From Lingula anatina (taxonomy: Eukaryota; Animalia; Brachiopoda), in contig CM120645.1 of the NCBI GenBank assembly GCA_051362555.1, forward strand, positions 4,216,001-4,280,000: a DNA stretch of 64,000 nt, read 5' to 3'. A program made the translations under genes and the position numbers. Position 1 is the stretch's first letter, and each line of letters begins with the position of its first letter. Positions 22,801-35,500 of the stretch are shown in pieces. The notes under the pieces were generated by a model that was not told where the DNA came from, searched no databases, and was given only the letters and a program-made list of their open reading frames with translations.

Positions 22801-25800
22801 TCAGGAGGGCCATGGGGAAGAGAATTATTATTGTATTAACCATGTTTGTTTTCACAATAAATAAATAAGCAAAATAAGAAATGCAAGCAACATAGAACAA
22901 AAAGTAATGCAAAACCTGTCATTTCTGCCTGAAAATGCGTTGTAGCCTGCCCACCACCAGAAAAACCACCAGCCGCTGTGAGCCCATCATGGGACACCTG
23001 GGTACCATAGCCTGTAGGCTGGGTGATTGCTGCCTTTGTGGGTGACACAGATGGGGATTCGGGTGACTTTGAAGCAGGAGAGGCACCAGAAGGCAAATTA
23101 CCAGCTGTAGAACCTGGTGCAATGGGAGGAGTTGGGGTTTTATCATAAGGTGTAGAAACTGGTGTAGGACCGGGTTTAATAGGTAGGGGTGGGACTTTAT
23201 GAGAAGGCAAGGAAACTGGTGTAGGACCGGGTTTAGTAGGTAGGGGTGGGACTTTATGAGAAGGCAAGGAAACTGGTGTAGGACCAGGTTTAGTAGGTAG
23301 GGGTGGGACTTTATGAGAAGGCAAGGAAACTGGTGTAGGACCAGGTTTAGTAGGTAGGGGTGGGACTTTATGAGAAGGCAAGGAAATGGGTGTAGGACCG
23401 GGTTTTGTTGGTAGGGGTGGGACTTTATGAGAAGGCAAGGAAACGGGTGTAGGACCGGGTTTTGTTGGTAGGGGTGGCACTTTATGAGATGGTGAAGAAA
23501 CTGGTGTAGGACCTAGTTTGGTAAGAGTGGGTAATTTATCAAGCGGTTTGGAAATGCTTGTGGAAGCCATGCTGCTGGGAGAAGGGGGTATGGCATAAGT
23601 AGTTGATGCTGTAGACCTTGGTATGGTTTGGGTGGGTGTTAATATCTGTTTTGGTGTTGGTGGAGAAGGAGTATTAGCTGGAGTTGTTGACAGACCTGGC
23701 TTTGGAGGGGTAGGACTACCTGTTTGGTTGGTAGAGACTCCTGGTCTGAGGGTAGGGGCTCCTGGTTTGAGGGTAGAGGCCCCTGGTCTGAGGGTAGGGA
23801 CTCCTGGTTTGAGGGTAGAGGCCCCTGGTCTGAGGGTAGGAACTCCTGGTGAAGGTGCTCTGGAGGGCCTAAGTGTGGGTGTAGGTGTGGGTGACCTGGT
23901 GGTCAGAATTTTGGGTGTAGGTTGTGGTGGGGATACTGTAAAGTTAGCTTCTGTACTTGGTACACAAACAGGATATCTCAGGTGGCTTGTCCAAATACAG
24001 CTGCTCATGGCTGTGCAAGCTTCTTGGCCTTGTCTAAAAAAAAATGTTAGTCTTTTAAATCAGATTTCTGATTTTCTAGTTAATGCTACACCAATCTTTT
24101 TCTTAAAGAAATGGGTGAATAATGCACATGAAAACACAAAATGCAAAAGTACTAAGTTACTTTATTCTTTCTTTCTTTTTTGTGTCTGCAAGCATGGATG
24201 ACATGTTTTGTGTCTGCAACCATGGATGACAATAATTAAAATCTTGAATTTGACTGCACTGTTGGTCAGTTTTTAACTTCATTCTGTACCTGGGTCCATC
24301 AACCTTTAATTGCCCCCTTGTCATGAAAGTACCCCTCCCTCAATATAAAAGTGAAAGGAGGCAAATGATTGGAAACTTAAAGCTGAACAATTTTTTCATC
24401 CCAGTTATACATGATATAGTAAAATTCCCTTCAGTGAGTTTTTTTTCATATTTTTACCCCTCCCCAAAAGCCAAATCCTGGATCCAGCAGGGCACCTGTT
24501 TGTGTAGAGGTGTTACCATTTTAAGCTACTTACACTTCAGCACAAGACCTGGGACATGGTGGGACACCAGGTACGGCCACTGTTGGTTTCACGTCAATAG
24601 TCTTTGACCTGCTTGTTACTGAATTCAAGACAGAGCAACCAAAATGCAAGTTTTAATATACATATCACAAGGAGAAACTTGTACATTTTATTTTTAAAAA
24701 TCTATGGCATGCTTCCGTAAATTTAAAGTTATGTTAAACTTAAAAATCTAAATAACTTAGAGAGCATTATATTTTATTTATATTCTTAATCACAGCTTTA
24801 TACAGGAACTTTAAGACAATATACCTGGACAAAGAGAAGTCAAACTTGTGATTCCATCAGAATCTGAGCACAAAGATGCACTTCCGCTCTCCTTACAAAG
24901 AAGCTCAGAAGAACAGCACTGAAAATATTCTTTGTTTTACTTTTAGAAGAACAAATGTATTTCAAAGAAAAAAATTTATATATGATAAACATGAATTTTG
25001 TAAGAACAGACAAACAATACTCTCTTGCAGCACCATGAACTTGTTTGAAATCTTAGTATTCAATATATTTAACAATTTTGCCTAAGGAGACTAGAAAGTT
25101 TGGCTGACTTTCAATTTTCCCATTGTCTTCTGTCTTGTAATTGGCTATGTAATAAAACCAGAAAATCTCATATTTTCACACTGATAATGTACACAGAGGA
25201 AGGTGGGAGGAAGGGAGGGAGGAAGGAAGGAATTAAAGAAGGAATAACAACATAAACACTCCAATAAACAAACAAATACAATACAAATACCTCCTTAGTC
25301 TCCCTCTGCTTAGGAGAGGGCGGACATGTTGAATTGCCTAAAACCACCAGCAGGTACATGTTTGTGTCAAGTATTCTCTGCAGAACAAACTGTTGGCAGC
25401 CCCCATTGACCTGGTACAGACTGCTGGTGTTCAGTGCTAACTGGTAGGAAGGACCAGAACTGACTGGAAAACAGCATTCCTTGGCCTGTGAAAGGGAATG
25501 CAAGAACCTTTACATCATCTGAAAATTTATCATTTTAATTGCACAGAAAAACAATATTCAAGAAAAAGAGATGTTGAATGGTTACCTATGTAAACATTTC
25601 AATCGTATGACTTTCATAAGTGAATTATTCACATGCACATAATTCTGATGAATCAGACCCTAATAATATTTTCAGGATATTTGAAAAATGGAATAGAATA
25701 ATTAAGTCAGATTTTGTTGATGTTGATGTTGATAAATCAATACATTTATAAAAAGAAGTGGGATGTCTTGGATGAGAACTGCACTCTCTGAGCACTAATA

Positions 25801-26545
25801 CGTAAATTCAAATATATATTCACATATAAGAATAAATAACATCACAATGCTGTATTTTAAAACTTAATTCACCTTCAGATACCCATAATTTAACAAGGTA
25901 TCTGCCACGACCGGATAGGCATCTGTCAAATGTTGTGTCTTGTTACTGTTGTCACGATTACCAATAATTATATATCTGAAAAAAAATACATAATAGTTCT
26001 GATATTGTAATATCTAAATAATTTTGATACAAAACTTTTGAATTACATGTATAGGTTATCAAAATGAGATGTATTTTTATTTGAGGGCAAACAATTCAAA
26101 TGTGCATGTATCAATCAATAAAATTATACATCATGTAATACTGCTCACAAATTACCTTAAAACACCTTTCCAATCAAGATTTTTTAATTCCACCTTTTTG
26201 ACCTTACCCAACTCCCCCCCCCCCCCCCCAGGACTTACCCTCGGTTGTCCAGCAGATGGCAAGTTATGTTTTGATCCAAGCAAAGCCCAACCTGAAACCA
26301 ATATTGAAATCAATTCATTTCTTAATTGGTTGTTCCATATCTGACATGTACAGGAAGGTAGGGGTTCTTAATAACTGAAATCACTGGCCTGTCATTTAGA
26401 ATATATCAAATCAACTTAATAAAAAAAAGAATAAAACATCAAATCTAAGTGCAAGGATGTATCGAGCAACAACTTGTGCGCAGGAGTAAATTGCTTTTTT
26501 CCTGTGTAAAATGAATATTGTGAGATACATCCCTTTTAAAGTACC

Positions 26546-26591
<46 letters not shown>

Positions 26592-29500
26592 GAGAAAGAG
26601 GAAGAAGAGGATCGATCCTGTAAGCTAACCTTCTCCAGCAGGAGTGACTGGAGTAAATGAACACTGACATCAGCTCCAACCACAGCACTTACTGGGTCAA
26701 GCCGAGAATGGCGGGAAATACCACTTCTACAAAGTGAAATGTAAAATTATAAGAACTGTACAATGACTGTAACATAAGACTTTGGTTGTGCTTTATTTAG
26801 ACAAATATTCTCCACCTTCAACAGATTCAGTGCCAAAGTGACCAATCCTTTAACAAGTCCGCATACACTATTTTGGACTGTCATTTATTTCAATAAGGTC
26901 CATTATAGCCACAATATAATACTTAGAGATATAACTTCCTTCAGAATATTTCTCTTAGGGTGCATTCCCATAGATTTGAGATCGATCTATCCCCATGGGG
27001 AGTCTCACTAGATTACTATCAGATAATCTGGCTTTAATGTCCATCCCGCCTACTACAAGCTGTAAGGGGGTAATTAACTTTCGTGCCCGCTCGGCTGACA
27101 GCTATTTAGCCTGAACCCCCAGGGAGTTAGGTCAATCTAGTTGGATCGATCTAATCTCTGGGAATGGGGTCTTAAACCCATAAGCAAAATAAATAAATAA
27201 AATAAAATATAATAAATGATAATTACTGATTTAAAAGCAAGTATTTGACAAATGTGTATTCATTATGACAAAAGACAAACAAACCTCTCTTCATAAATGG
27301 CCTTGCTGACAGAAAGCAACCTAGATCTGTCAGTGGGAGGTCCTATTAAACTTGGTTCTGGGGACACCACAGTGATCTGTGAGAGTCTTGCAGCATTTCT
27401 GTACCACTGCTGTTCTCTGGGGTCAAAGCCGCCATCTAATAACTGGCCAGGGTACAGGCGAGCCACACCATTTCTAGTGCCGAGGTATCTAAGAGAAAAT
27501 ACCAGACTGGATTTAAATAATGAAAGAATGATTTTGGTTAATGTAGAAATGTAGAAATTGAAAAGTTGAAAATTTCCTCTACTATGATTCACACTACAGG
27601 TTTGCTTTCAGTTAGTGTAGAAATTGAAAAGTTAAACAAGGCAGCAAAGCTGTCAAATGTACAGACAAAAAACAGGAAATAACTATGCACAAAATAGGCT
27701 ACTGTCAATTCTGATGCAAAAGTACATTATGTTAAACTGCAAATTCAACATCAAATTTTAATTATGCTCAACAGGTAATACCAATGTAAGTAAAATGTGT
27801 AACAAGTTCACACTTTGAAAATGTATAACTTCCAGAAAAAGAAGCCAATTAGACTGCTTTTCCAACTCTGCATTTTAGTCCTGTATTTCTTTTTTTTCTT
27901 TTTCTTTTTTGAAAGTTTGGCAATCATAAGTAACATGGTTTTCCCATAATGGTCATCATGGCAGCAGCACCCAAAATTGTGTTTTCTTCTATTCTGATGC
28001 CATATTACATAATGGTTAACAGCATAATGACCGTTAATTTTTAATAATACAATATACGTATCATGGATTTTCAGAAAATGTGACTATCATGGGTCTTCAA
28101 GCCCATGGAACTTCAAAGTCACACCTTGAAAATATGTGAAAAATTAAATTTTCACAAAAAAAAAAAAAAAAAAAAAAAAAACAAAAAAAAAACGTTTAAC
28201 TTGCAGTAAGAATTACCAAACAGACTGCATTGCCTACTGAAGCTGTATTTTAGTCCCATGTTTCTTTCCTGTAAGTTTGAGAACAGTAAGTGACATTTTT
28301 TTTTAATGTTCATCAAGGGAGCAGTGCCCAAAATAGTTTTTTTTTTTCAAATTTTGATGCAATATTACATAATATTTAACAGCATAATGACCATCAATTT
28401 TAATAATAAAATATCAGTATTATGGATATTCAGAAAATGTGACTAGCAAAGGTCTTCAGGCCCATGGAACTTCAAAGTCACAACTTGAAAATGCCAAAAT
28501 GGAAACAAGACAGCAATGTTCTGAAATTTTTTTCCCAGTTTTAACAATTTCTAACATAAAACAAAATTAACAGTTTACTACAGTTTTTATATGATCAACT
28601 AAGAAAATTGATGAGATGGGAAAAATATTAATAGAGCAGCGTTAAATGTCCAATTTCTTCCATTCTGAGATTCTGAACATAGTGAATGATTGAATCTGAC
28701 AAACTGCAATGATATGAGTTTATTTCCATTTTTTAAACTTTATTACACAATACACGATAACAAGTTTACCATCATTTTTACATAATCAAGTAATGATGTT
28801 GTAAAGATGCAGGAAATGCCAAACAAACACTTTTACGTATCTTATTAATTAAAAATTGAAACTGTTAACATGCCTAAAAATTTAATCTGAGGAAATGTGA
28901 AAAAACAGCATAACTTTAATATAATGGCCCGATTATGCTGATTTTTGAACTCAACTTGCGTTTTAGCAAAAATGACCACTCCTGTGAGTTTAATGACAAT
29001 TGGCCTGTCTGTTTTTCGTATATTGTGTTTACAGTGTTGCATATATGCTGAAAAATGAAAAAACAGCATAACTACCAAAGTAGTGGCCCTATCATGCCGA
29101 TTTTCGAACTTGACCTGTGTTATAGTAAGATCGATTACTCCTGTGAGTTTCATGACAACAGGCCTATCGATTTTCCTTGAAATGTGTTTACAGTGTTGCA
29201 TATATGCTAAAAAGTGAAAAAATAGCATAACTTCCTCAATAATGGCCTGATCATGCTGATTTTCGAACTTGACCTGCATTTTATGAATATTCATCAGCTC
29301 TGTAAATATAAAGCCAAAAAGTAAAACTGCCTTCCACTTATCGTGTTTACAAGGAAAGTGCACGGCGCCGGCGACAGTGACGGCGACAGTGACGGCGACG
29401 ACGACAGATGCAGGTGATGGCAATATGTACAGACACATCTGTACTTATTTACTGTACTGTTTGAGAACAGTAAGTGACATGGTTTTTCTTAAATGGTCAT

Positions 29501-32500
29501 CATGGGAGCAGTGCCCAAAATAGATTTTTTCAGATTTTGATGCAATATTACATAATGTTTAACAGCATAATGACCATCAATTTTTAATAATAAAATATTA
29601 GTATCATGGATATTCAGAAAATGTGACTAGCAAAGGTCTTCAGGCCCATGGAACTTCAAAGTCACAACTTGAAAATGCCAAAATGTAAACAAAGACAGCA
29701 CTGTTCTGAAATGGTTTTTTTTTTTTCATTTTTAACAATTTTTTTAACATAAAACAAAATAAACAGTTTACTGCCATTTTTATACGATCAACTAAGAAAA
29801 TTGATGAGATGGGAAAAATATCAACAGAGCAGTGTTAAATGTCCAATTTCTTCCATTCTGAGATTCTGAACATAGTGAATGATTGAATCTGACAAACTGC
29901 AATGATATGAGTTTATTTCCATTTTTTAAACTTTATTACACAATACACGATAACAAGTTTACCATCATTTTTACAAAATCAACTAACAATGTTGTAAAGA
30001 TGCAGGAAATGTTAAACAAACACTTTTACGTATCTTATTAGTTTAATAATGAGACTGTTAACATGCCTAAGAATTGAATCTGAGGAAATGTGAAAAATAT
30101 GCTGAAAAGTGAAAAAACAGCATAACTTCTACAATAATGGCCCGATCATGCTGATTTTCGAACTTGACCTGCGTTTTATGAATATTCATCAGCTCTGTAA
30201 ATATAAAGCCAAAAAGTAAAACTGCCCTCCACTTATCGTGTTTACAAGGAAAGTGCACGGCGCCGGCATCGCCATCGCCATCGGCATCGCCATCGGCGAC
30301 GACAGACGCAGGTGATGGCAATATGTACAGACACATCTGTGTCTGTACATAAAAATATTCTTCAAAATGATTATTCTTGAATGATTCTTCAACACTATTA
30401 CACAGATCAACTTCCATAAGAAAAACATTTCTGGTTAGATCAAGGCCCCGTAACTCTAAAGCATCGCGCATTGCGACCAAGTGCAAGTGTCTCAATTCCA
30501 CACCTCACCCATACTCGCCCCATATGGGAGTTATGGAATTGAGACTCTTGCGCTGAGTCGCAACGTGCAATGCTTGTGAGTTACGGGGTTGGCCAATTCT
30601 GGCTGAACACAGGTGTACCAACCTCTGGACAGGTAACTGGTCATGCTCCCGCCAGGTGCTAACCAGTTCATCAGATCTGTAGGTATCAACTAAGATAGCC
30701 TTGGCAGTGGTGGGGTCTGAAAAACAAGAAAGATTTAGAAGTTTTAAGAAGAAAAATTGCTTCATTCATGAAAAGGAATTTAGTGTTTATTAAGCCGTAG
30801 ATCATGTACCATGACTTCAATTAAATTAAACTTATCATTTTGTAATTAAAAGTTATATTTCCATAAAATATAAAATTTATAATAATAAATGCTATTCCTC
30901 ATCAATCACATTTATTTTTACAGATCTGTGCTGGTATTAGGAATTTCACTGGGTAACTTATCAGCATAGGTGATACCCTATTTTTTTTTTGTTTTTCCAA
31001 TTTCTGGCTGTGAAATATGCATACCTCTCAGAAAAGTGCCATTTCGTCCTGTCCTTAAAAATGTCTGCACAAATTCTGCATGTGTGCGCGATTCTTTCCT
31101 CCATGGATAAAAAGGGTCGCGAAAAACATTTGGGGACAACTGTAAGAAAATGGAAACTTTGTCAAATCAAATACATCTCTGAAAATGGGGATAATAAATT
31201 ATAATGTCATTCACCAAAATGCTTTTTTGGGAGGGCAACAAACATGAAATCTTTATTCATGCTTCTTGGAAGAGCCATGTTGCTTATGGTCTTGGGAATT
31301 GAAGTGCATTATTTTGATAAACATTTCATTGTAACTAATTTAAATGTCTCAAAACTGCTCATTTAAACTCTTAATTCAACCCCTTAGTGGTTAATATTCA
31401 TCAACAGTCCTACCAGCTGTTATTTCTAAACGTCAAATTGAATTGCATAAGGAAAAAATGAATCTATGGTTTGAGGTGAAAGTTATTCACTCAAGCACAT
31501 GTTAGTACATGTGCATTCATGTCCTTACCTTAATTACAGATTGATGTTTTGCTACTGGTATGCCTGCACTGTTACACAAAGTTGGGTCTCTGCCCATGTT
31601 ATCTAATATGTCATAGCGATAATAATAGGCCTCTGGTTTTGGCTGGTAGTGATACTGTCAATAAACAAGTATTCATCATCATTTTAGTTGGGATACTCAA
31701 AAAAAAAAAAAAAAACTGATGCTTATTGTTATAAATTACTTTTCAGGAGCAATGAATCTATTTAACAATTAATCTATTGATTTAAAAATTCTCCTGTGCT
31801 GATGAATTATGTTGTGCACTAATCATGTATAATTCAATTTAAAACAGCGCAACTTTACAAAATTTCATATTTTATGTACTGCAACTTTTTTCTCATTGTG
31901 TTATAAACAAATGATGGAATTGCTTCAGATTTAAACTGGACAAATGTTGTTCATCTTAAACAAAAAGCAGCATAATATTATCCACATACATCGTTATAGT
32001 ATCTTCGGGTGTCACCATCTACCAAAACAAGGATGATTGCAAAAGGTGATTTTTCCAAAGGTGATATTGAAAACAAAGCTCGTTCTGAAATCAGTTCTTC
32101 ACGGACATCATCTGGTACATGTCTTGTGGCCTTAAATATAATCAAAATCCTGAATAATTTCTATCTACTATTATGTATTTTTGACCCACTGACTATCTAA
32201 GCACATGTGCATAGTTTATGCAAGGGGAAACTAGAGACCTACGCAATTTACAAATTATTAACACATTTTAGATTAAGTGTGAAATTGTATAACAGCAAAA
32301 TAGTACACATGTAAGCTGAAAGAAATTGTCATCAAATCTCCAATCAAGTCTGATAGGTTAAAATGTCTTTTCCAAAAGAAGTATCTTGAAATGAAATCCT
32401 CCGGCCATCATTAAATCATTTACCTTTCCAGTGACATTAATCCTGTTATGTCCTCTATAAAGGTCTTGCAATAAACTCTCAGGTAATTGAGGCTCTATAT

Positions 32501-35500
32501 CTGTCACATATAGGGTCGGTATCGCAGTAAGTAACTCAGAGGGTAATGGTAGTCTTGGGTGGGCAATTACATTCCCTTTATAATAAAAGACACAAATGTA
32601 GTTCATTTCAATGCACATGCACATTAATGCTAAAACAATTTAATGAATGAAATTAATCAATTAGTTAATTAGTTGAAGACAATCAGAAAGTAGAGGGTAC
32701 AGCCACTCTTCCTCTATTGGGTTACCCCTCTCACAATGTTCAAAGATGCATAAGCACAAAGAAATAAAATTCTTAGTAAACTTTATATGTATAAGTAAAT
32801 AAATAAAAATCTTAAGGCTAAACTGGATGATTCCCATAGTTAGGGGCAGCCATATCTTTAACATATGTTAATCAGGCATTATCATACCTGTTCTTCTGTC
32901 TACAACAAATGCATAACTTTTTGCACCAAGCTGACTGCCCAGCACTGGTCTGAACAAGGTTGCCACGGAAACATCGATGGCCACTACCCCTTTTGTGCCA
33001 TTCTCTGTAGAAAATGGTGCCCCAATGGTAAAGGTCATGCCTAGGAAAAGTGGAAACCCAGCAAATGAAAAAAGTAGCTATATACCACTACCAAGTCCAT
33101 TTCAATGGCAGTTTACAGTGGAAAAATGATTTTTAAATTATTAAATTACTTTAAATGGCCTTTTTTGGGCCTAATTTTAGGAGTGGAAATTAATACCTTG
33201 TCATTACAAAAACACTAGCTGTCATCAGGCTCACATAGCTAAAATATGATCAGATGCATACTTCTAACATGTATATATTCACTAAATGTCCTGTTCTGCA
33301 ATTCACAGGTTCTATAATGGATGTATTTTTGGGGTAAAAATGTAATTATCTGTTTCAAAGATTTCTCCATGCTCAGAGCAGCTATCAATTAATACAATTT
33401 TAAGGGTAATGTGCAGCTACTGAACAAGGCTATAATACACTGCCTTGCATTTTTCTTCACAGGAATTGTTCAGATTTTAGCAGTTTTAGTGCAATGCCCT
33501 TGCTACAACTAAAAAGTCTAAATTTACTGTTGGCTAAAGATCAAAGGTGTAAACATTTCAAACTTAAGTCTTTTAGAAAAGATTTCCAATTGTACTGATT
33601 CTAAACTCCATCTAAGTTTTTTCATGAGAGAGGCAAATAAAAAAGACTACAATAAAGTACGAATTGATAAAAAGTCATAGGCCCCATTCAGAAATCATGC
33701 AGGACTAACTAGTCTGAGGATCAAATGTGGCCGACCCACTTGAATACTTCCCCACAGGATATCTTTTCAGTGTCTATTAGCGGATTAAGATGACAAGCTT
33801 TGTAGTGGGTTGCCATATTTGACCCTCGGACTAGATAGTCCCCTATTCTGAATGGGGCCTTATGTGTTAAGATGCAAGCATTACCCACCTACAGAGGAAT
33901 CATAATGTGGTCCAAAGTAAATATAATCCTGTCCTGGTGGAAGAACACTGGGTGGCAAATATGTGTAATAATCTGCCAGGTTCTCATAAATATCAAGAAC
34001 TACTGTTTTGAGGCCTTTTGTTGCCAGACTGGATAATGTGCTGTTGTCTAAACCATATAGGAATAGATAGGCAGGGGTAGCCTGAAAATTTTGCATCTTT
34101 TGAAATTTGTGGTATCACTGGAAGCTAATTCACCATCAGGAAAAAATGCTTCATCTGAAAAGTGATGCCAATTCAAACTTTTGACCATTTTGAAGTCACT
34201 AAATAACTACAAATGAGTTAGTCACAGACAATAGGAGCACAGGGCCATATCCACAAAATGCTGTAACTTACAAATTCACATGAATAGTTAAAAACCATTG
34301 TAAGTTACAACCTTCGATATATACGTCCCATGACTTAAAATAATTAGTCTTCATTTTTTCATTTGAAACTACTGACTTACAAGTTGGTCTTGCCCTTGCT
34401 CCATTGCTTTCACAACCTCAGTGGCACCTTCTTCAATACCACTTGTGATGAAGAGCAGTGCATTTTGGTAAATTGGTAGTGACCCTTGCTAAAAGCAAAG
34501 AACAGAAGCGACAATGCTATTAATAATGTTGTTTTATTATTTTAAAGGTCTGCATTTGATAAATATTTGATATTTGATATTTGATAAATAGCAGGATATA
34601 TAGACTTTGTGGCATTCTTCAATTATACCTTAAGATAAAAACTTAAGTAAAACAGTTTTGAAATAGAAGGGCTGTGTACACATCAAATCGGGTAAGTAAA
34701 TCCTGCTCACTTCAAACCTGACAGATGTTTTGGTATTATACAAAAAGTAGCATACCAATATCTAGAAGAGATACTTTTGTTTTAAGTTAAAAAAAAAGGC
34801 AGTTTCTTTTTACCTAGGCTTTTATAAAAGTTAATAAAAATACTGTTAACTCTGCATAGATAGGGCACTTTGGTCCAAAATTTTGTTCCAGCTTATTTCA
34901 GCTAATGCCAAGGAAATCATCTGTTCCACAAGGGTTTTTTCAACTACCATGATAGTCTTGCAATAAGGTGACAAGGGAAGAAGAGTTGACTGTAAATTTG
35001 ATGAAACCTGAAAATCAGAGATTGCAGACCTTTATTTTTACTTACCTCAACTGTTGAACTTGTATTGAGAGCTTGAAAGGCTAAATTCACTGCCTCTGAA
35101 ACATCTGCAGACTTAACAACTTCTGAAAATAGCAATATATTGCACTTAATTTCATGTATTGGAAAACTATAACCAATCAAAGCAATTCATTCTATTCCAA
35201 ATGCTTTAAATAATCCATAATTTCAATTAGTCTATGGTGAAACTGGCTGGTTGAAGCCAAGATTAATGATCAACAGAACACCAGAGTAGTCTTTAAACAA
35301 ATTGTTCTTTATCTTGTTCTCCTTAACTTGAATATGGCACACTAAATAGAACCGAATGAGTAAAATTATGATCTTGATAGAAATAACCGCTTAACATATC
35401 ACTTACCTGGTAGACCATGAACATTTCTCAATTTGTTCTTTATAACATCAATGTTGTATCTGTTTGTTTCCAAAGTCTGGTTTCCACAACCATGTAGTGA

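Noticed and set aside
23155-23525. Regular repeats that could be mistaken for a CRISPR array
   Set aside because: These are contiguous tandem units without unique spacers, in frame within a eukaryotic exon, and there are no cas genes.
23623-24201. 192-aa plus-strand ORF with PGLRV repeats
   Set aside because: It is the antisense shadow of the repetitive stalk exon.
28845-30501. ORFs of 197 aa and 144 aa sharing MCLYILPSPASVV...HFPCKHDKW, resembling a small gene family
   Set aside because: They lie inside the HINE element. The 159-bp (53-codon) core and the hexamer microsatellite keep the frame open by chance, and there is no Rep/helicase motif.
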